Assembly: GCA_937127125.1 (NCBI GenBank)
Contig: CAKZLO010000033.1
Span: 69,217 to 133,216 of the forward strand
Length of the DNA: 64,000 bases
Source of the DNA: an uncultured Ardenticatenia bacterium
Lineage (GTDB): Bacteria > Chloroflexota > Anaerolineae > 4572-78 > NAK82
Direction of reading: 5' to 3'
The position numbers and the translations under genes are program-made. How positions within the stretch are numbered: position 1 is the first letter of the stretch; every line of letters begins with the position of its first letter. Under the pieces are notes generated by a model. The model saw only the letters and a list, made by a program, of their open reading frames with translations. It was not told where the DNA came from and did no database searches. Of this stretch, positions 17,139-26,589 are shown piece after piece.

Positions 17139-18128
17139 ATGCCGGCCAATCTCCCTCCAGAATATTTTGAGGTCGAAAGGCGCTATCGTGAGGCAGAGTC
17201 GCCGCGCGAGAAGATTGCCCTGCTAGAGGAACTGATCAGCACGGTTCCCAAGCACAAGGGCACCGATCATCTGCGCGCCGACCTGCGTCGCCAGCTTGCC
17301 AAGCTGAAAGCTGCTGCGCAGAGCAAGAAGAAACCTTCCCGCCAAGCATCCGCTTTTCACATAACGCGCGAAGGCGCCGGACAAGCTGTGGTCGTCGGCC
17401 CGGCCAACGTGGGCAAATCCGCTCTTGTGGCAGTGCTCACCAACGCTGATCCCGAGGTGGCAAATTACCCTTACACGACCTGGGTTCCCACACCCGGGAT
17501 GATGCCGTTCGAGAATGTTCAGATTCAGCTGGTGGACACGCCTCCACTCGATCTCGAGTTTAACGGGGGCGAACTCTTTGATTTAATCCGGCGGGCCGAC
17601 CTCATCCTGTTAGTGATCGATCTGCAAGCTGATCCACTCGGCCAGATGGAAGACGCTTTGACCATCTTGGAGTCTCACCGCATCGTCCCTCGGCGGCGCA
17701 GCACACCGCCCACGGATCAGGAAGGGCAACCGCCGGCCAAGCCAATGATCGTGGTGGTCAACAAGTGCGACGACGAGGACTTTGATGCTGATTACCAGGC
17801 TCTGCGTGAATTGTTGGGTGATGATCTCCCGTTGTTGGCTGTTTCAGCAATCACTGGACGCAACCTGGAGCAACTCAAGCATCTGGTGTTTGAGCACCTG
17901 GGAGTGATCCGTGTGTACTCCAAGCCTCCCGGCAAGGAACCCGATCTGACGGCGCCATTCGTGCTGAAAAAGGGTACCACTGTGGAAGAGCTGGCTGGCA
18001 AGGTACACAAGGACTTCTTAGAGAAGCTCAAGACGGCGCGCATATGGGGAAGTGGCGCATTCGACGGTCAGCCGGTGGGGCGCGACTATGTGCTCCAGGA
18101 TGGGGACATTGTCGAATTGCGCATCTGA
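17139..18128 (+). CDS. OBG/DRG-type GTPase with C-terminal TGS domain
   Basis: G1 GPANVGKSALV, G3 LVDTPP, G4 NKCD. C-terminal TGS-like region IRVYSKPPGKEPD...GDIVELRI. Confidence 0.8.
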   Translation: MPANLPPEYFEVERRYREAESPREKIALLEELISTVPKHKGTDHLRADLRRQLAKLKAAAQSKKKPSRQASAFHITREGAGQAVVVGPANVGKSALVAVLTNADPEVANYPYTTWVPTPGMMPFENVQIQLVDTPPLDLEFNGGELFDLIRRADLILLVIDLQADPLGQMEDALTILESHRIVPRRRSTPPTDQEGQPPAKPMIVVVNKCDDEDFDADYQALRELLGDDLPLLAVSAITGRNLEQLKHLVFEHLGVIRVYSKPPGKEPDLTAPFVLKKGTTVEELAGKVHKDFLEKLKTARIWGSGAFDGQPVGRDYVLQDGDIVELRI

Positions 18129-18244
18129 TATCCTATGAGGGTAGCTCGCTTACCCGATGCTGCGTGCCCCTCGGGTTGTGTATCAGAGCTGTTTTTGATT
18201 TGCTCGTGAACGCTTTCGACAGGGCATAGTGCCTGTCGTTGCCC

Positions 18245-19639
18245 TTAAGTGGCCATCCCCAGTAGCCGGCGCAGTTTGCGCCGATATCGCTGTGGGTCGG
18301 TGTACTTGTTCCACAGCCGGCGCGCTATGCGTTTCCATTGATTGATCGGTTTGCGACGCTGGCTCTCGGCCAACGCCCACTGCATGAACTTCCAATCGTG
18401 CCCCTTGATCTTCAGCTCGGTGGGATTGCGACGGTAAGAGTCGTAGTCCTCAATCAACGAAAGCCCATGCTCCATAGTGTAATCATAGAGATCGGTGCCG
18501 GGATGGGGAGTGTAAAAGGCTGGGCTATAATAATCGGGGTCAATTTCCTTGAGCATAGAAACTGTCTCGAGCACTTCTTCCTGGGTCTCGGTGGGCATGC
18601 CGAGCATGTAGTTTGCCCAGATGGTCAGGCCATATTTGCGGCAGATCTTCGCCGCTTCCAGGTTGATGCGCCGGGTCGTGCCCTTGCGCAGAAACTTCAG
18701 CACGCGATCCGACCCCGATTCGAAGCCGATGAATAACCCTTTCAACCCGTTCGCCGCCATCAAGGCCACTGTTTCTTCATGGCGCACCATCAGGTCAGCG
18801 CGCGCCTGACAGAAATAGGGTTGCCAGAAGCCTTCCGCCCGGTATGCCTCCACGAACTCTTTGCACCACTGATAGTCCTCCAGGAGGCAATCATCATGGA
18901 ACATAAAGCTGTTGAAATGGTAACGCTCGCGCAACTCCTTGAGCTCGCCGATGATGTTAGGCACCGAGCGGCGACGTGTGCCCTTGCCAAACAGGAAGTC
19001 CTCGGCCGGCTTGCAGAAGCTGCAATTATACATACAACCACGGCCAGCGATGATGGTGACAAAGGGTGGTGGCAGCTCCTCTACAAATGGCACCTCAGGC
19101 GACTCCAGGTCGTAACCGAACTTGCGCCATTCGTCGAGAAATAGGTCGCGGTCGGCATACGGCAACCGGTCAAGATTGGGATGAATGCCGATCAACAAGC
19201 GATCTTCGGGCGGCCGTTTCTCCGCGACAGCACGCAACAGGTTGGTGAAAGTGATCTCACCCTCTGCGACGACTACATAATCCACGCGCGGATTGTCGAG
19301 CACGCTTTGCGGCTCAAACGAGGGATGTGGTCCTCCCACCACGGTGATCGTATCCGGCTTCGCTTCCTTGATAACCTCCACTGCCTTCATCACCGGGTTG
19401 AAATCCACGCTCATCATCGTGAGGCCTACTACGTCTGGCTGGCGTGCCAGAAACTCCTGGCGGAAATGATCCCATCCGCTCAACGCGCGCAGATCGATCA
19501 GGTCAACCGCGAAGCCGTGGGCGCGCGCATAAGCGGACAAGCTCGCCAAACCATGGCTGATCCAGCCCGAATCCATACCTTGTTTCAAGCTGTTGAAGCC
19601 CTTGCCAGCGATGCCGGCATAAACGAGAGTGGTTCTCAT
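18245..19639 (-). CDS. B12-binding domain-containing radical SAM protein
   Basis: N-terminal cobalamin-binding-like Rossmann region (DVVGLTMMSVDF...ITVVGGPHPS), then GRGCMYNCSFC (CxxxCxxC). Confidence 0.85.
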   Translation of the reverse strand: MRTTLVYAGIAGKGFNSLKQGMDSGWISHGLASLSAYARAHGFAVDLIDLRALSGWDHFRQEFLARQPDVVGLTMMSVDFNPVMKAVEVIKEAKPDTITVVGGPHPSFEPQSVLDNPRVDYVVVAEGEITFTNLLRAVAEKRPPEDRLLIGIHPNLDRLPYADRDLFLDEWRKFGYDLESPEVPFVEELPPPFVTIIAGRGCMYNCSFCKPAEDFLFGKGTRRRSVPNIIGELKELRERYHFNSFMFHDDCLLEDYQWCKEFVEAYRAEGFWQPYFCQARADLMVRHEETVALMAANGLKGLFIGFESGSDRVLKFLRKGTTRRINLEAAKICRKYGLTIWANYMLGMPTETQEEVLETVSMLKEIDPDYYSPAFYTPHPGTDLYDYTMEHGLSLIEDYDSYRRNPTELKIKGHDWKFMQWALAESQRRKPINQWKRIARRLWNKYTDPQRYRRKLRRLLGMAT

Positions 19640-19651
19640 AGCAGCATTACC

Positions 19652-20497
19652 TCACTGCACGGCCGGAGGTGTGATCTTGACCGGGCGGTCAAAGGCGGAT
19701 AACGTCAACAGCCACGAGGTCGTCCCCTTGCTCTTAGCATCGTGCTCGCTGACCTTTGCCTGATAGAGCAAAAACGTTTGCATCCCTATCCACACCTCGA
19801 TTGTGGCTTTGCTTTCGCCACCAAACCCGGTCACGTTGACACCTGGCACGTCATCTGCCTTCAAATGGTAGGCGAGCTCGCCTTGCATAGCGTCGAAGCC
19901 GACCATCTGGAATTCCAACATAGGCAACCAAGCGAGCAATCCTTGATCAGGATTGAACAACAGAGAAGGTGAGAAAGATTGACTGGCTTCCCGAGGCAGC
20001 TTCTCCCACTTGCCGGTGAGAGGATTGCTGAGATATACATCGCCTTGATAACGTATCAAATCCAGATGCGCCGAGACACCTAAGATGGTCACCTTGATGC
20101 GGGCGCGCAGCTGATCGGGTTGCACAATGTCACCTTCAATCCCAGTAAGTAGAACGGGCATCGGCAAGTTAATCAACGAACCGATGTTGACCTCGTTGCC
20201 GCTTGGCTGAACTGAGAAGTGAAAAGATTGCACCTCCGCCATGCGCATCGCAGCTTGCCTGGACACGTCGCCTGCAGTCAGCTCTGCTGCCGGGGTTGTG
20301 CTTGAGCTGTCCGGCGTGATGGGGGGAATAGGGGGGAGGGGGGGAGGTGTCGGAGTGGGAAATGGTGTCGGCGTGGCAACCCAGGTGATCGGTAAGCTAA
20401 CGTTACACGCCAGAACAGGCACAGTCAGCGCGGCGGCAATCGCCACGCGCCAAAACACTCGCGTGTTCAGCTTGGTTCTCCTGATCAGTGTGTACAT
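19652..20497 (-). CDS. Lipoprotein, LprG/LppX/LolA-like fold candidate
   Basis: Signal peptide with lipobox VPVLAC, Pro/Thr-rich linker, then a ~200-aa beta-rich domain (FHFSVQPSG...IRYQGDVYLSNPLTGKWEKLP) reminiscent of the LppX_LprAFG family. The family call is by eye. Confidence 0.55.
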   Translation of the reverse strand: MYTLIRRTKLNTRVFWRVAIAAALTVPVLACNVSLPITWVATPTPFPTPTPPPLPPIPPITPDSSSTTPAAELTAGDVSRQAAMRMAEVQSFHFSVQPSGNEVNIGSLINLPMPVLLTGIEGDIVQPDQLRARIKVTILGVSAHLDLIRYQGDVYLSNPLTGKWEKLPREASQSFSPSLLFNPDQGLLAWLPMLEFQMVGFDAMQGELAYHLKADDVPGVNVTGFGGESKATIEVWIGMQTFLLYQAKVSEHDAKSKGTTSWLLTLSAFDRPVKITPPAVQ

Positions 20498-20510
20498 ATT
20501 GGTGTCCTTT

Positions 20511-21992
20511 TCATACGGACTCTATTGCCTTTCTTAGGTCCTCCCTCTCCCGGCGCGGGAAAAGGGTGCGATAGGCCAGCCGAAATGTGCGTCGCCAGTT
20601 AATCCAAAAGTCCTTGCGCAACAGGGTGCGCAGAATGCGGTGCGGACGCAGGTAGAAACGGCGATATGCCTCGCGCCATTTTCGCTCGACCAGCTCAGCG
20701 GTCAAAGCGCCCATTTCATAGCGCGCTCTTCCCTCGAAGAAGACGTACTCATCCCAGTCTTTCACCAGCATGCGACCGTGTTGCTGGACGATCTCGTAGA
20801 CTTTTGTGCCCGGGTACGGGGTCATCATGGAAAAGTTCGCAATCAGGGGATCGAGCTCACAGGCAAAGCGGATGGTGCGCTCCATCGTTTCTTCTGTCTC
20901 GCCGGGCAGGCCGATGATGAAGAAACCAATCGTCTCTAGACCCACCTCTTTGGCATTTTTGAACGCTCGCCGGATGGTGTCCATGTCGATGCGTTTGTTG
21001 ATCGAGCGCAGAATTTCCGGGTCGCCTGACTCGACTCCGAACGCGGTACGTTTCAATCCGGCCTGTTTCATTCGCGCCAGCAGCTCCTTGGAAGCCAGAT
21101 CGGCGCGGATGCCGTTCACGAAGATCCACGGCACATGGTTCAGGTGGTGTTCAATGAGCAAGTCGGAAAGGCGCATCAGCCGATCCACTCGGATGTTCGC
21201 ACTATCGTCCAGCACCCCGATTTCCTGGGCGCCCAGCTCTTCAACCAGATGGCGCCACTCTTGGAGGATGTTTTCCGGGCTACGCGCGCGCCACTTTTGC
21301 GGCATGATACTCTGTGAGCAATAGGTACACCGATAAGGACAGCCGCGTGAGGTAAGAATGCTGAAGCTGCGGGCGCCATCCACTGCATCGATGGCCGGCT
21401 GCAAGTTGGTGTAGCGCTCCATCTTGAAATAATGATAGGCTGGCCATGGGAGACTGTCCAGGTCGGCGATGGGAGGCCGTGCAGGGTTATGATGCACATT
21501 GCCGTCCGCCGTCTGAAAGCTAATGCCCAGAACCTCGTCCAGGAGATGTGCCTGCGGGTCGAGCAGCTCCCTGGCGGTGAGCTGCGGTGCCGTCTGGCGC
21601 GCGCTCTCTAGCGTAGCGCTCAGCTCTAGCCAGGTTTCCTCACCCTCACCGCGCACCACGATATCCACCTCGGGGCGGCTGGCACTCTCTTCGGCCAGCA
21701 CGGATGGGTGGGGTCCACCCAGCACGATCGGAACGTCCAGCACGCTCTTGATCGCCTGTGCTGTGCGCCATGCCTGTTTGACCTGCGGCGTGTTGGCTGT
21801 GATGCCAACTAGATGGGGCTCGAAACGGCGTACCACGTCTACGATGCTCTCGTCTTCCACGTCAGCGTCAAAGACCATCACCTCGTCGCCGCGTCGTTCA
21901 GACACGGCGGCTAAATAGGCCAGCCCTAGATGTGGGGTGGTGCGGGTGTCAATCGGAAGGCGGAATCGGGGATTGACCAGCAAAACTCGCAC
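20511..21992 (-). CDS. B12-binding domain-containing radical SAM protein (second copy)
   Basis: ORF 20511..22127 trimmed to GTG 21992 (AGGAGA upstream), so the protein starts VRVLLVNPRF. B12-like region HLVGITANTP...IVLGGPHPS, and SRGCPYRCTYC. Confidence 0.8.
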   Translation of the reverse strand: MRVLLVNPRFRLPIDTRTTPHLGLAYLAAVSERRGDEVMVFDADVEDESIVDVVRRFEPHLVGITANTPQVKQAWRTAQAIKSVLDVPIVLGGPHPSVLAEESASRPEVDIVVRGEGEETWLELSATLESARQTAPQLTARELLDPQAHLLDEVLGISFQTADGNVHHNPARPPIADLDSLPWPAYHYFKMERYTNLQPAIDAVDGARSFSILTSRGCPYRCTYCSQSIMPQKWRARSPENILQEWRHLVEELGAQEIGVLDDSANIRVDRLMRLSDLLIEHHLNHVPWIFVNGIRADLASKELLARMKQAGLKRTAFGVESGDPEILRSINKRIDMDTIRRAFKNAKEVGLETIGFFIIGLPGETEETMERTIRFACELDPLIANFSMMTPYPGTKVYEIVQQHGRMLVKDWDEYVFFEGRARYEMGALTAELVERKWREAYRRFYLRPHRILRTLLRKDFWINWRRTFRLAYRTLFPRREREDLRKAIESV

Positions 21993-22271
21993 GACAGGTC
22001 TTCTCCTACGAGAGGTGTGAGGGTGAAAGCCGTGAGCGCTCAGCCAAAAGCACCGACGGCGACGTCGGCTCTGCAGCAAATGGAGGGACAGGCAATCGCA
22101 CAAGCAGCGTCTGGGCTGTGCCTGCAATTATCGAGAAGGTTTCCATTCTGATTGAGATCCACCAAGCCTTTCCGTTCTCTCTTGCCTCGTGATTTCTATT
22201 GACCAACTCAGTCTCATTTTACCTGAATGTTTCGAACAGCGTCAAGAGCCATAGTGCGCTATCGCTGCGGA

Positions 22272-22781
22272 TCAATCGCTCGAAAATCGCTCCATATTGA
22301 GGATGGCATACAACACAGACGCTGCAGGGACAAGTCCGGCACAGACCGCGCCCAAATAGTTCGGCTGGGGCACCAAAAGCCCTATCAAGGGTGCGATCAA
22401 CGTGAGCAGCAGGCCAAACAACAAGCTCCCATATAGGCCACTGATGTGCCTTGCGAATACCAACAAGGCCAGTGCTGAGCTGATCACGCTACAGGCAAAC
22501 AGGAATACAGCAGCTCCCAACCAGGCCATCTGATGCGCCGCCAGCATCTGCCAGTCCAAGTTCACCCCCACAAGAATCTCCGCAAAGTGAATCGCACTCA
22601 ACACGCTGCTGATGGCAAAAAAAAGCGCCATGCCTACCCAGAATGCCACCATCGGCCACAGGTGAGGGTAATGCACAGCCGAGCGATGACGTAAAGGTGG
22701 GCGGAGACTTGGAATGGGCTGAGTATCGCGATCTGTTGAGGTGTGCATTGGCGCGATAATCATATCATCGGCTAGTAACAC
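22272..22781 (-). CDS. Polytopic membrane protein, unknown function
   Basis: Four or more hydrophobic helices (LWPMVAFWVGMALFFAISSVL, AWLGAAVFLFACSVISSALALLVF, ...). Start is uncertain: GTG 22781, ATG 22763 or ATG 22748. Confidence 0.5.
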   Translation of the reverse strand: MLLADDMIIAPMHTSTDRDTQPIPSLRPPLRHRSAVHYPHLWPMVAFWVGMALFFAISSVLSAIHFAEILVGVNLDWQMLAAHQMAWLGAAVFLFACSVISSALALLVFARHISGLYGSLLFGLLLTLIAPLIGLLVPQPNYLGAVCAGLVPAASVLYAILNMERFSSD

Positions 22782-22916
22782 TGAAAAATCCTTGGTCTGT
22801 GACTCAGGTCGGTCGAAGTCGGGTGCATCAGCGAGCGGCGAGATGGCCGTTCCACAGCAATCGCCTCGGATGGCGTGAGCGAGGGAGGATATGTCGCCGT
22901 TGCGGAGGCCGAGGCA

Positions 22917-23867
22917 CTAAGGCAGTCGGCTGCCCAAGAATCCATGCGCACCACGCACAAACTCTGTTGCTGTCATAGGGCGTCGTCCTGCCTGCTGGAC
23001 TTCCAGCAATTGCACCATGCCGTCGCCGGCAACCACGCATATCCCTTCAGCCGTTGCCACCACGGTGCCGGGTGGGAATGTCGAGGCGTCGGACGCTTCG
23101 GGTGATGTTGGTAGTGCGCGCACCCTAAGAATTTTGAGCGGTGTGCCACGCCACTCTGTGAAGGTGCCCGGCCATGGATGAAAGGCGCGCACCTGACGTG
23201 CGATGTACTCCGCAGATTCTTCCCAGCGGATACGTCCCTGTTCCTTTTTGAGCGGTGGCGCCCACGTGACCCGCGTTTCATCTTGCGGTTGGGGGATGAT
23301 GCGTCCGGCCAGCCAGTCGGGCAAAGTCTCACCCAGCAGAGCGGCACCCAGCTGGCTGAGTTTACGGATCAGCGTCTCCTGTGTGTCATCGGGCGCGATG
23401 GGCAGCTCTTTCTGGCGGATGATTGGCCCGCTGTCCAGGCCGGCATCCATCTGCATCAAGGTGACTCCTGTATGCTCGTCACCTGCTAAGATAGCTGCGG
23501 CGACTGGTGCGGCGCCACGCCAGCGTGGCAATAGCGAGGCGTGCACATTGATACAGCCTCGCGGCGGCAGCTCCAACACGGTGGGAGGCAGCAGCATCCC
23601 AAACGCAGCTACCACGATCACCTCTGCCTGCCAGGCGCGCAGCTGCTCCACGACATCATCTTGGCGCAACGACGGGGGGGTGATCACCGGTAGATGATGC
23701 TGCAGTGCCAATGCGTGCACCGGCGAAGGGCGTGGCTGAAGACCTCTCCCGCTGGGACGCTCCATCTGGGTCACCACACCGACTACGTGACACGTGTCCA
23801 GCAGCACCTGCAAGCTGGGCAGAGCGAAATCGGGTGTTCCCATAAAAATGACACGTGGACGTGCCAT
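22917..23867 (-). CDS. fmt: Methionyl-tRNA formyltransferase
   Basis: ORF 22917..24092 trimmed to ATG 23867, which overlaps the murI stop (TAATG). MARPRVIFMGTPDFALPSL, INVHASLLPRWRGAAP. Confidence 0.9.
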   Translation of the reverse strand: MARPRVIFMGTPDFALPSLQVLLDTCHVVGVVTQMERPSGRGLQPRPSPVHALALQHHLPVITPPSLRQDDVVEQLRAWQAEVIVVAAFGMLLPPTVLELPPRGCINVHASLLPRWRGAAPVAAAILAGDEHTGVTLMQMDAGLDSGPIIRQKELPIAPDDTQETLIRKLSQLGAALLGETLPDWLAGRIIPQPQDETRVTWAPPLKKEQGRIRWEESAEYIARQVRAFHPWPGTFTEWRGTPLKILRVRALPTSPEASDASTFPPGTVVATAEGICVVAGDGMVQLLEVQQAGRRPMTATEFVRGAHGFLGSRLP

Positions 23868-24751
23868 TAGGCGCACTCCCTGTTCGAGGGCTCTCTCCGA
23901 GCCGGATACCCGGTGGCAGCAATGAGCTGATGCGCGTGCCAGGTGAGGCGCTCGACCGGCCACTCCTGGCCTGTAGAACGCACCAGCAGCGATTGCAGCA
24001 CATTTGGCGCTCCGGTGACAAAAAAGCGATGTTCTGGTGGATCTCCAGTAGGGCTCGCCCGGCTGCCTGTTCCGCCAAGTGCCTGCACACAACGCTCAAC
24101 CTGACGTGCTACCGCTTCCGCTGGGTCAATCACTGTCACGTCGGGCGGCAGGATGCGTCGCATAATCGGCAACAGGAAGGGATAGTGCGTGCATCCCAAG
24201 ACCAGCTGATCGATGCCGGCGCGCACCATTGGTTCTAGGTAATCGTGTAATAGCTGTTCGGTCTCCGGCGCGTCGATCTGGCCGTGTTCCACATACCGTG
24301 CCAGGCGATCATCCATCTGGATGTGCAACGTCACCCCACAGGCATAGCGCACAGCTGTGGTGCGGAACAGATCCCCTTTCAGCGTACCCTGCGTTGCCAG
24401 CACACCGACGTGGCCGCTGCGCGTCTGTTGTGCCGCTGGTTTCACCGCTGGTTCCAGCCCCACAAAGGGCACAGGGAAATGGGCACGCAGCCATTGCAGC
24501 GCTGCTGCTGAAGCTGTATTGCACGCTACCACGATCAATGTGGCGCCTTGTGCCAGCAGAAAGCGTGTGATCGCCGCCGAAAAATGGCGCACTTCACGTG
24601 GTGACCGTGGGCCATATGGGCAGTGGGCATTATCTGCCACATAGAGGGTAGGGCAATCTGGCAGACGCCGCTGCACCGCTTGCCAGATAGAAAGTCCTCC
24701 CACCCCTGAGTCAAACAGTCCGATGGTGACGGCAGCGTTGGCGTCGCTCAT
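23867..24751 (-). CDS. murI: Glutamate racemase
   Basis: IGLFDSGVGGLSIW, VVACNTASA, LGCTHYPFL (the two catalytic Cys motifs). Confidence 0.9.
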   Translation of the reverse strand: MSDANAAVTIGLFDSGVGGLSIWQAVQRRLPDCPTLYVADNAHCPYGPRSPREVRHFSAAITRFLLAQGATLIVVACNTASAAALQWLRAHFPVPFVGLEPAVKPAAQQTRSGHVGVLATQGTLKGDLFRTTAVRYACGVTLHIQMDDRLARYVEHGQIDAPETEQLLHDYLEPMVRAGIDQLVLGCTHYPFLLPIMRRILPPDVTVIDPAEAVARQVERCVQALGGTGSRASPTGDPPEHRFFVTGAPNVLQSLLVRSTGQEWPVERLTWHAHQLIAATGYPARREPSNRECA

Positions 24752-24754
24752 AAC

Positions 24755-25435
24755 TCATATGCTCGATTCGGCTTGGCACTTTTCCTTGCCGCCGTACACA
24801 CCGCGCAGATCCTCGCGCACCAGAGCAGCAATGCGCTGCATCACCATGTCGCTGAGTTCTTGCAGCTGCTCGCTCTTACGTGGCCCTTGCACCTGTGGCA
24901 ACATAAAGGGTTCTCCCACACGCACTACAATGTGTGGTCGTCGGAAGCGCTTCCATTCAGCGGTCACCTTCTCTTGACCGGAAATGCCCACTGGCACAAT
25001 TGGCACATTTGCCTTGGTGGCCAGATATGCGATGCCGGGCTTGGCGCGCTGCATCACCCCAGTGCGACTACGCGTGCCCTCGGGCGCGATCCCTAGCACC
25101 CCGCCGTTCTGCAACACAGCTAGACAACGCCGCAGTGCCTCGCGATCCACCTCACCGCGGCGCACATAGATGCCGCCGTCCATCTTCACCAACCAACTCA
25201 CCGGCCACGAGGTAGCCCATTTCTCCCCAATGAGCACTGCCACGTGGCGTAGCGGGAGCGCCAGCATCACCAGAGGCGGATCGACATAGTGCAGATGATT
25301 GACTGCGACAATCAACGGCCCCTTGGTCGGCAGGTTAGGTGGACGGTGAAACTCGCAGCGCGTCAACAGCTTGGCCAATACCCAGAAAATTGCGCGCAAC
25401 AGCTGATATAAGACGACGTTATACCAACGTGGCAT
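24755..25435 (-). CDS. 1-acyl-sn-glycerol-3-phosphate acyltransferase family (PlsC-like)
   Basis: HxxxxD motif VAVNHLHYVDPP and GIAPEGTRS. The stop lies 3 nt before the murI start. Confidence 0.8.
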   Translation of the reverse strand: MPRWYNVVLYQLLRAIFWVLAKLLTRCEFHRPPNLPTKGPLIVAVNHLHYVDPPLVMLALPLRHVAVLIGEKWATSWPVSWLVKMDGGIYVRRGEVDREALRRCLAVLQNGGVLGIAPEGTRSRTGVMQRAKPGIAYLATKANVPIVPVGISGQEKVTAEWKRFRRPHIVVRVGEPFMLPQVQGPRKSEQLQELSDMVMQRIAALVREDLRGVYGGKEKCQAESSI

Positions 25436-25484
25436 AGATCTCCTTTATCATCTCCTTGTGATATACTTTGTCTCCATATGTTGC

Positions 25485-26459
25485 TCAGGGCAGCGTCTGT
25501 CCCTGAGCGTGAACCGAGTACGTCACCACCGGACTGCCCACCATCGTCAGATCCACCTGAAAAGGGGTGATCGCAGCGGCGCGCAAGATCTCAACATCCA
25601 GTGGTGCCTGACGCACAGCCGCTACCCGGCCCTGTTCGTCGTAACCGGTCACCAGCACGCGCACATATGTCGCGTCGCTCTCGCCCGCGTTGTGCAGCTG
25701 GCCCCTCACCCGATAGGTTGTTGCACTAAGCACCTCGCCGCGCACGTCGCTGACAGGCAGGTCGAGATGATAGCCCATCGCTGGAGAGTAGGGGATGCCG
25801 CTCAACGCCAAAGCTTGATATTGAGCGAACTGGGACGGTGGCGCAGTGAGACGGATGGCGAAAGCGACCGCCTGACGCGGTGGCACCACGTCCAGCTGCA
25901 GATATCCCCTCTCAGCCGCTAGTTGCTCCCCTTTTCCATCCAGGAGTGTTACCTGTACCAACACATTGGTCACCGCTATCGTGCCTGGGTTGTAGACCTC
26001 GCCCAGCGCCCACAATCCCTCGGCTGGCGTGCGTTGGAAGTTCACCTTCTGCACCTCCAACGGAAGAGGTGTAGGGGTAGGAGAAGGCAACGAGGCCGCC
26101 TCATCTTGTGGCGCTGGAATGATCAGCACCTGTCCCAATTGCAGGCGACGCGGATCGACAATGCCATTCGCCTCCTGAATCGATTGTACCGAGACACCGA
26201 ACTGAGCGGCAATGGCCAGCAGGGTATCGCCTGGTTTTACCGTGTACAAAGTCGGTGTGGGGGTCAGTGTCGGAGTAAGGGTCGGCGCAGGTGTGATGGC
26301 TGCCAAGGTGAAAGTGGCCCGCGGTGTAAAGGTCGGGGTCGTTGTAGGACTTGGCGACGTAACCGTCGGAGTGCCCGTTGGTATCGGCGTGATGATCTGA
26401 CCACAGCTGACCGCTAGTAGAGCGAGTGCAATCACAGAGATACTGGATAGCCTCTTCAT
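25485..26459 (-). CDS. LysM domain lipoprotein
   Basis: Lipobox LAVSCG, PT-rich linker, and LysM domain YTVKPGDTLLAIAAQFGVSVQSIQEANGI...LQLGQVLIIP. Confidence 0.75.
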   Translation of the reverse strand: MKRLSSISVIALALLAVSCGQIITPIPTGTPTVTSPSPTTTPTFTPRATFTLAAITPAPTLTPTLTPTPTLYTVKPGDTLLAIAAQFGVSVQSIQEANGIVDPRRLQLGQVLIIPAPQDEAASLPSPTPTPLPLEVQKVNFQRTPAEGLWALGEVYNPGTIAVTNVLVQVTLLDGKGEQLAAERGYLQLDVVPPRQAVAFAIRLTAPPSQFAQYQALALSGIPYSPAMGYHLDLPVSDVRGEVLSATTYRVRGQLHNAGESDATYVRVLVTGYDEQGRVAAVRQAPLDVEILRAAAITPFQVDLTMVGSPVVTYSVHAQGQTLP

Positions 26460-26502
26460 ATGCTGTCTCCATTATATACCTACTGGAGTGATATAGAAAA
26501 TC

Positions 26503-26531
26503 TTGACATAGAACACATGTTCGTGTAAAAT
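26503..26531 (+). promoter_or_regulatory. lexA promoter
   Basis: TTGACA (26503-26508), 17-nt spacer, TAAAAT (26526-26531). Confidence 0.6.
26511..26522. promoter_or_regulatory. LexA (SOS/Cheo-type) box GAACACATGTTC
   Basis: Perfect GAAC-N4-GTTC palindrome (context AGAACACATGTTCG) inside the spacer of the lexA promoter. Confidence 0.65.
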
Positions 26532-26589
26532 AAAGGTTAGATAACACAGATAAGCGACACTGGAGGCAGCAGAGGGAAGGAGATGAGCT

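Noticed and set aside
20290-20400. GGNG-rich short-period nucleotide repetition (also at about 3290-3460 and 26190-26400) that could be mistaken for tandem repeats
   Set aside because: These segments are the coding sequence of Pro/Thr-rich linkers of secreted proteins (lipoprotein, L,D-transpeptidase, LysM protein). They are imperfect and in frame, and are neither a CRISPR array nor a satellite repeat.
21993-22127. N-terminal 45-aa extension of the second radical SAM ORF (MQAQPRRCLCDC...), and likewise the 75-aa extension of fmt (23868-24092)
   Set aside because: The extensions are Arg/Cys-rich and non-homologous. Internal starts with good SDs (GTG 21992; ATG 23867 overlapping the murI stop) give canonical N-termini. 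The fmt extension would also overlap murI.
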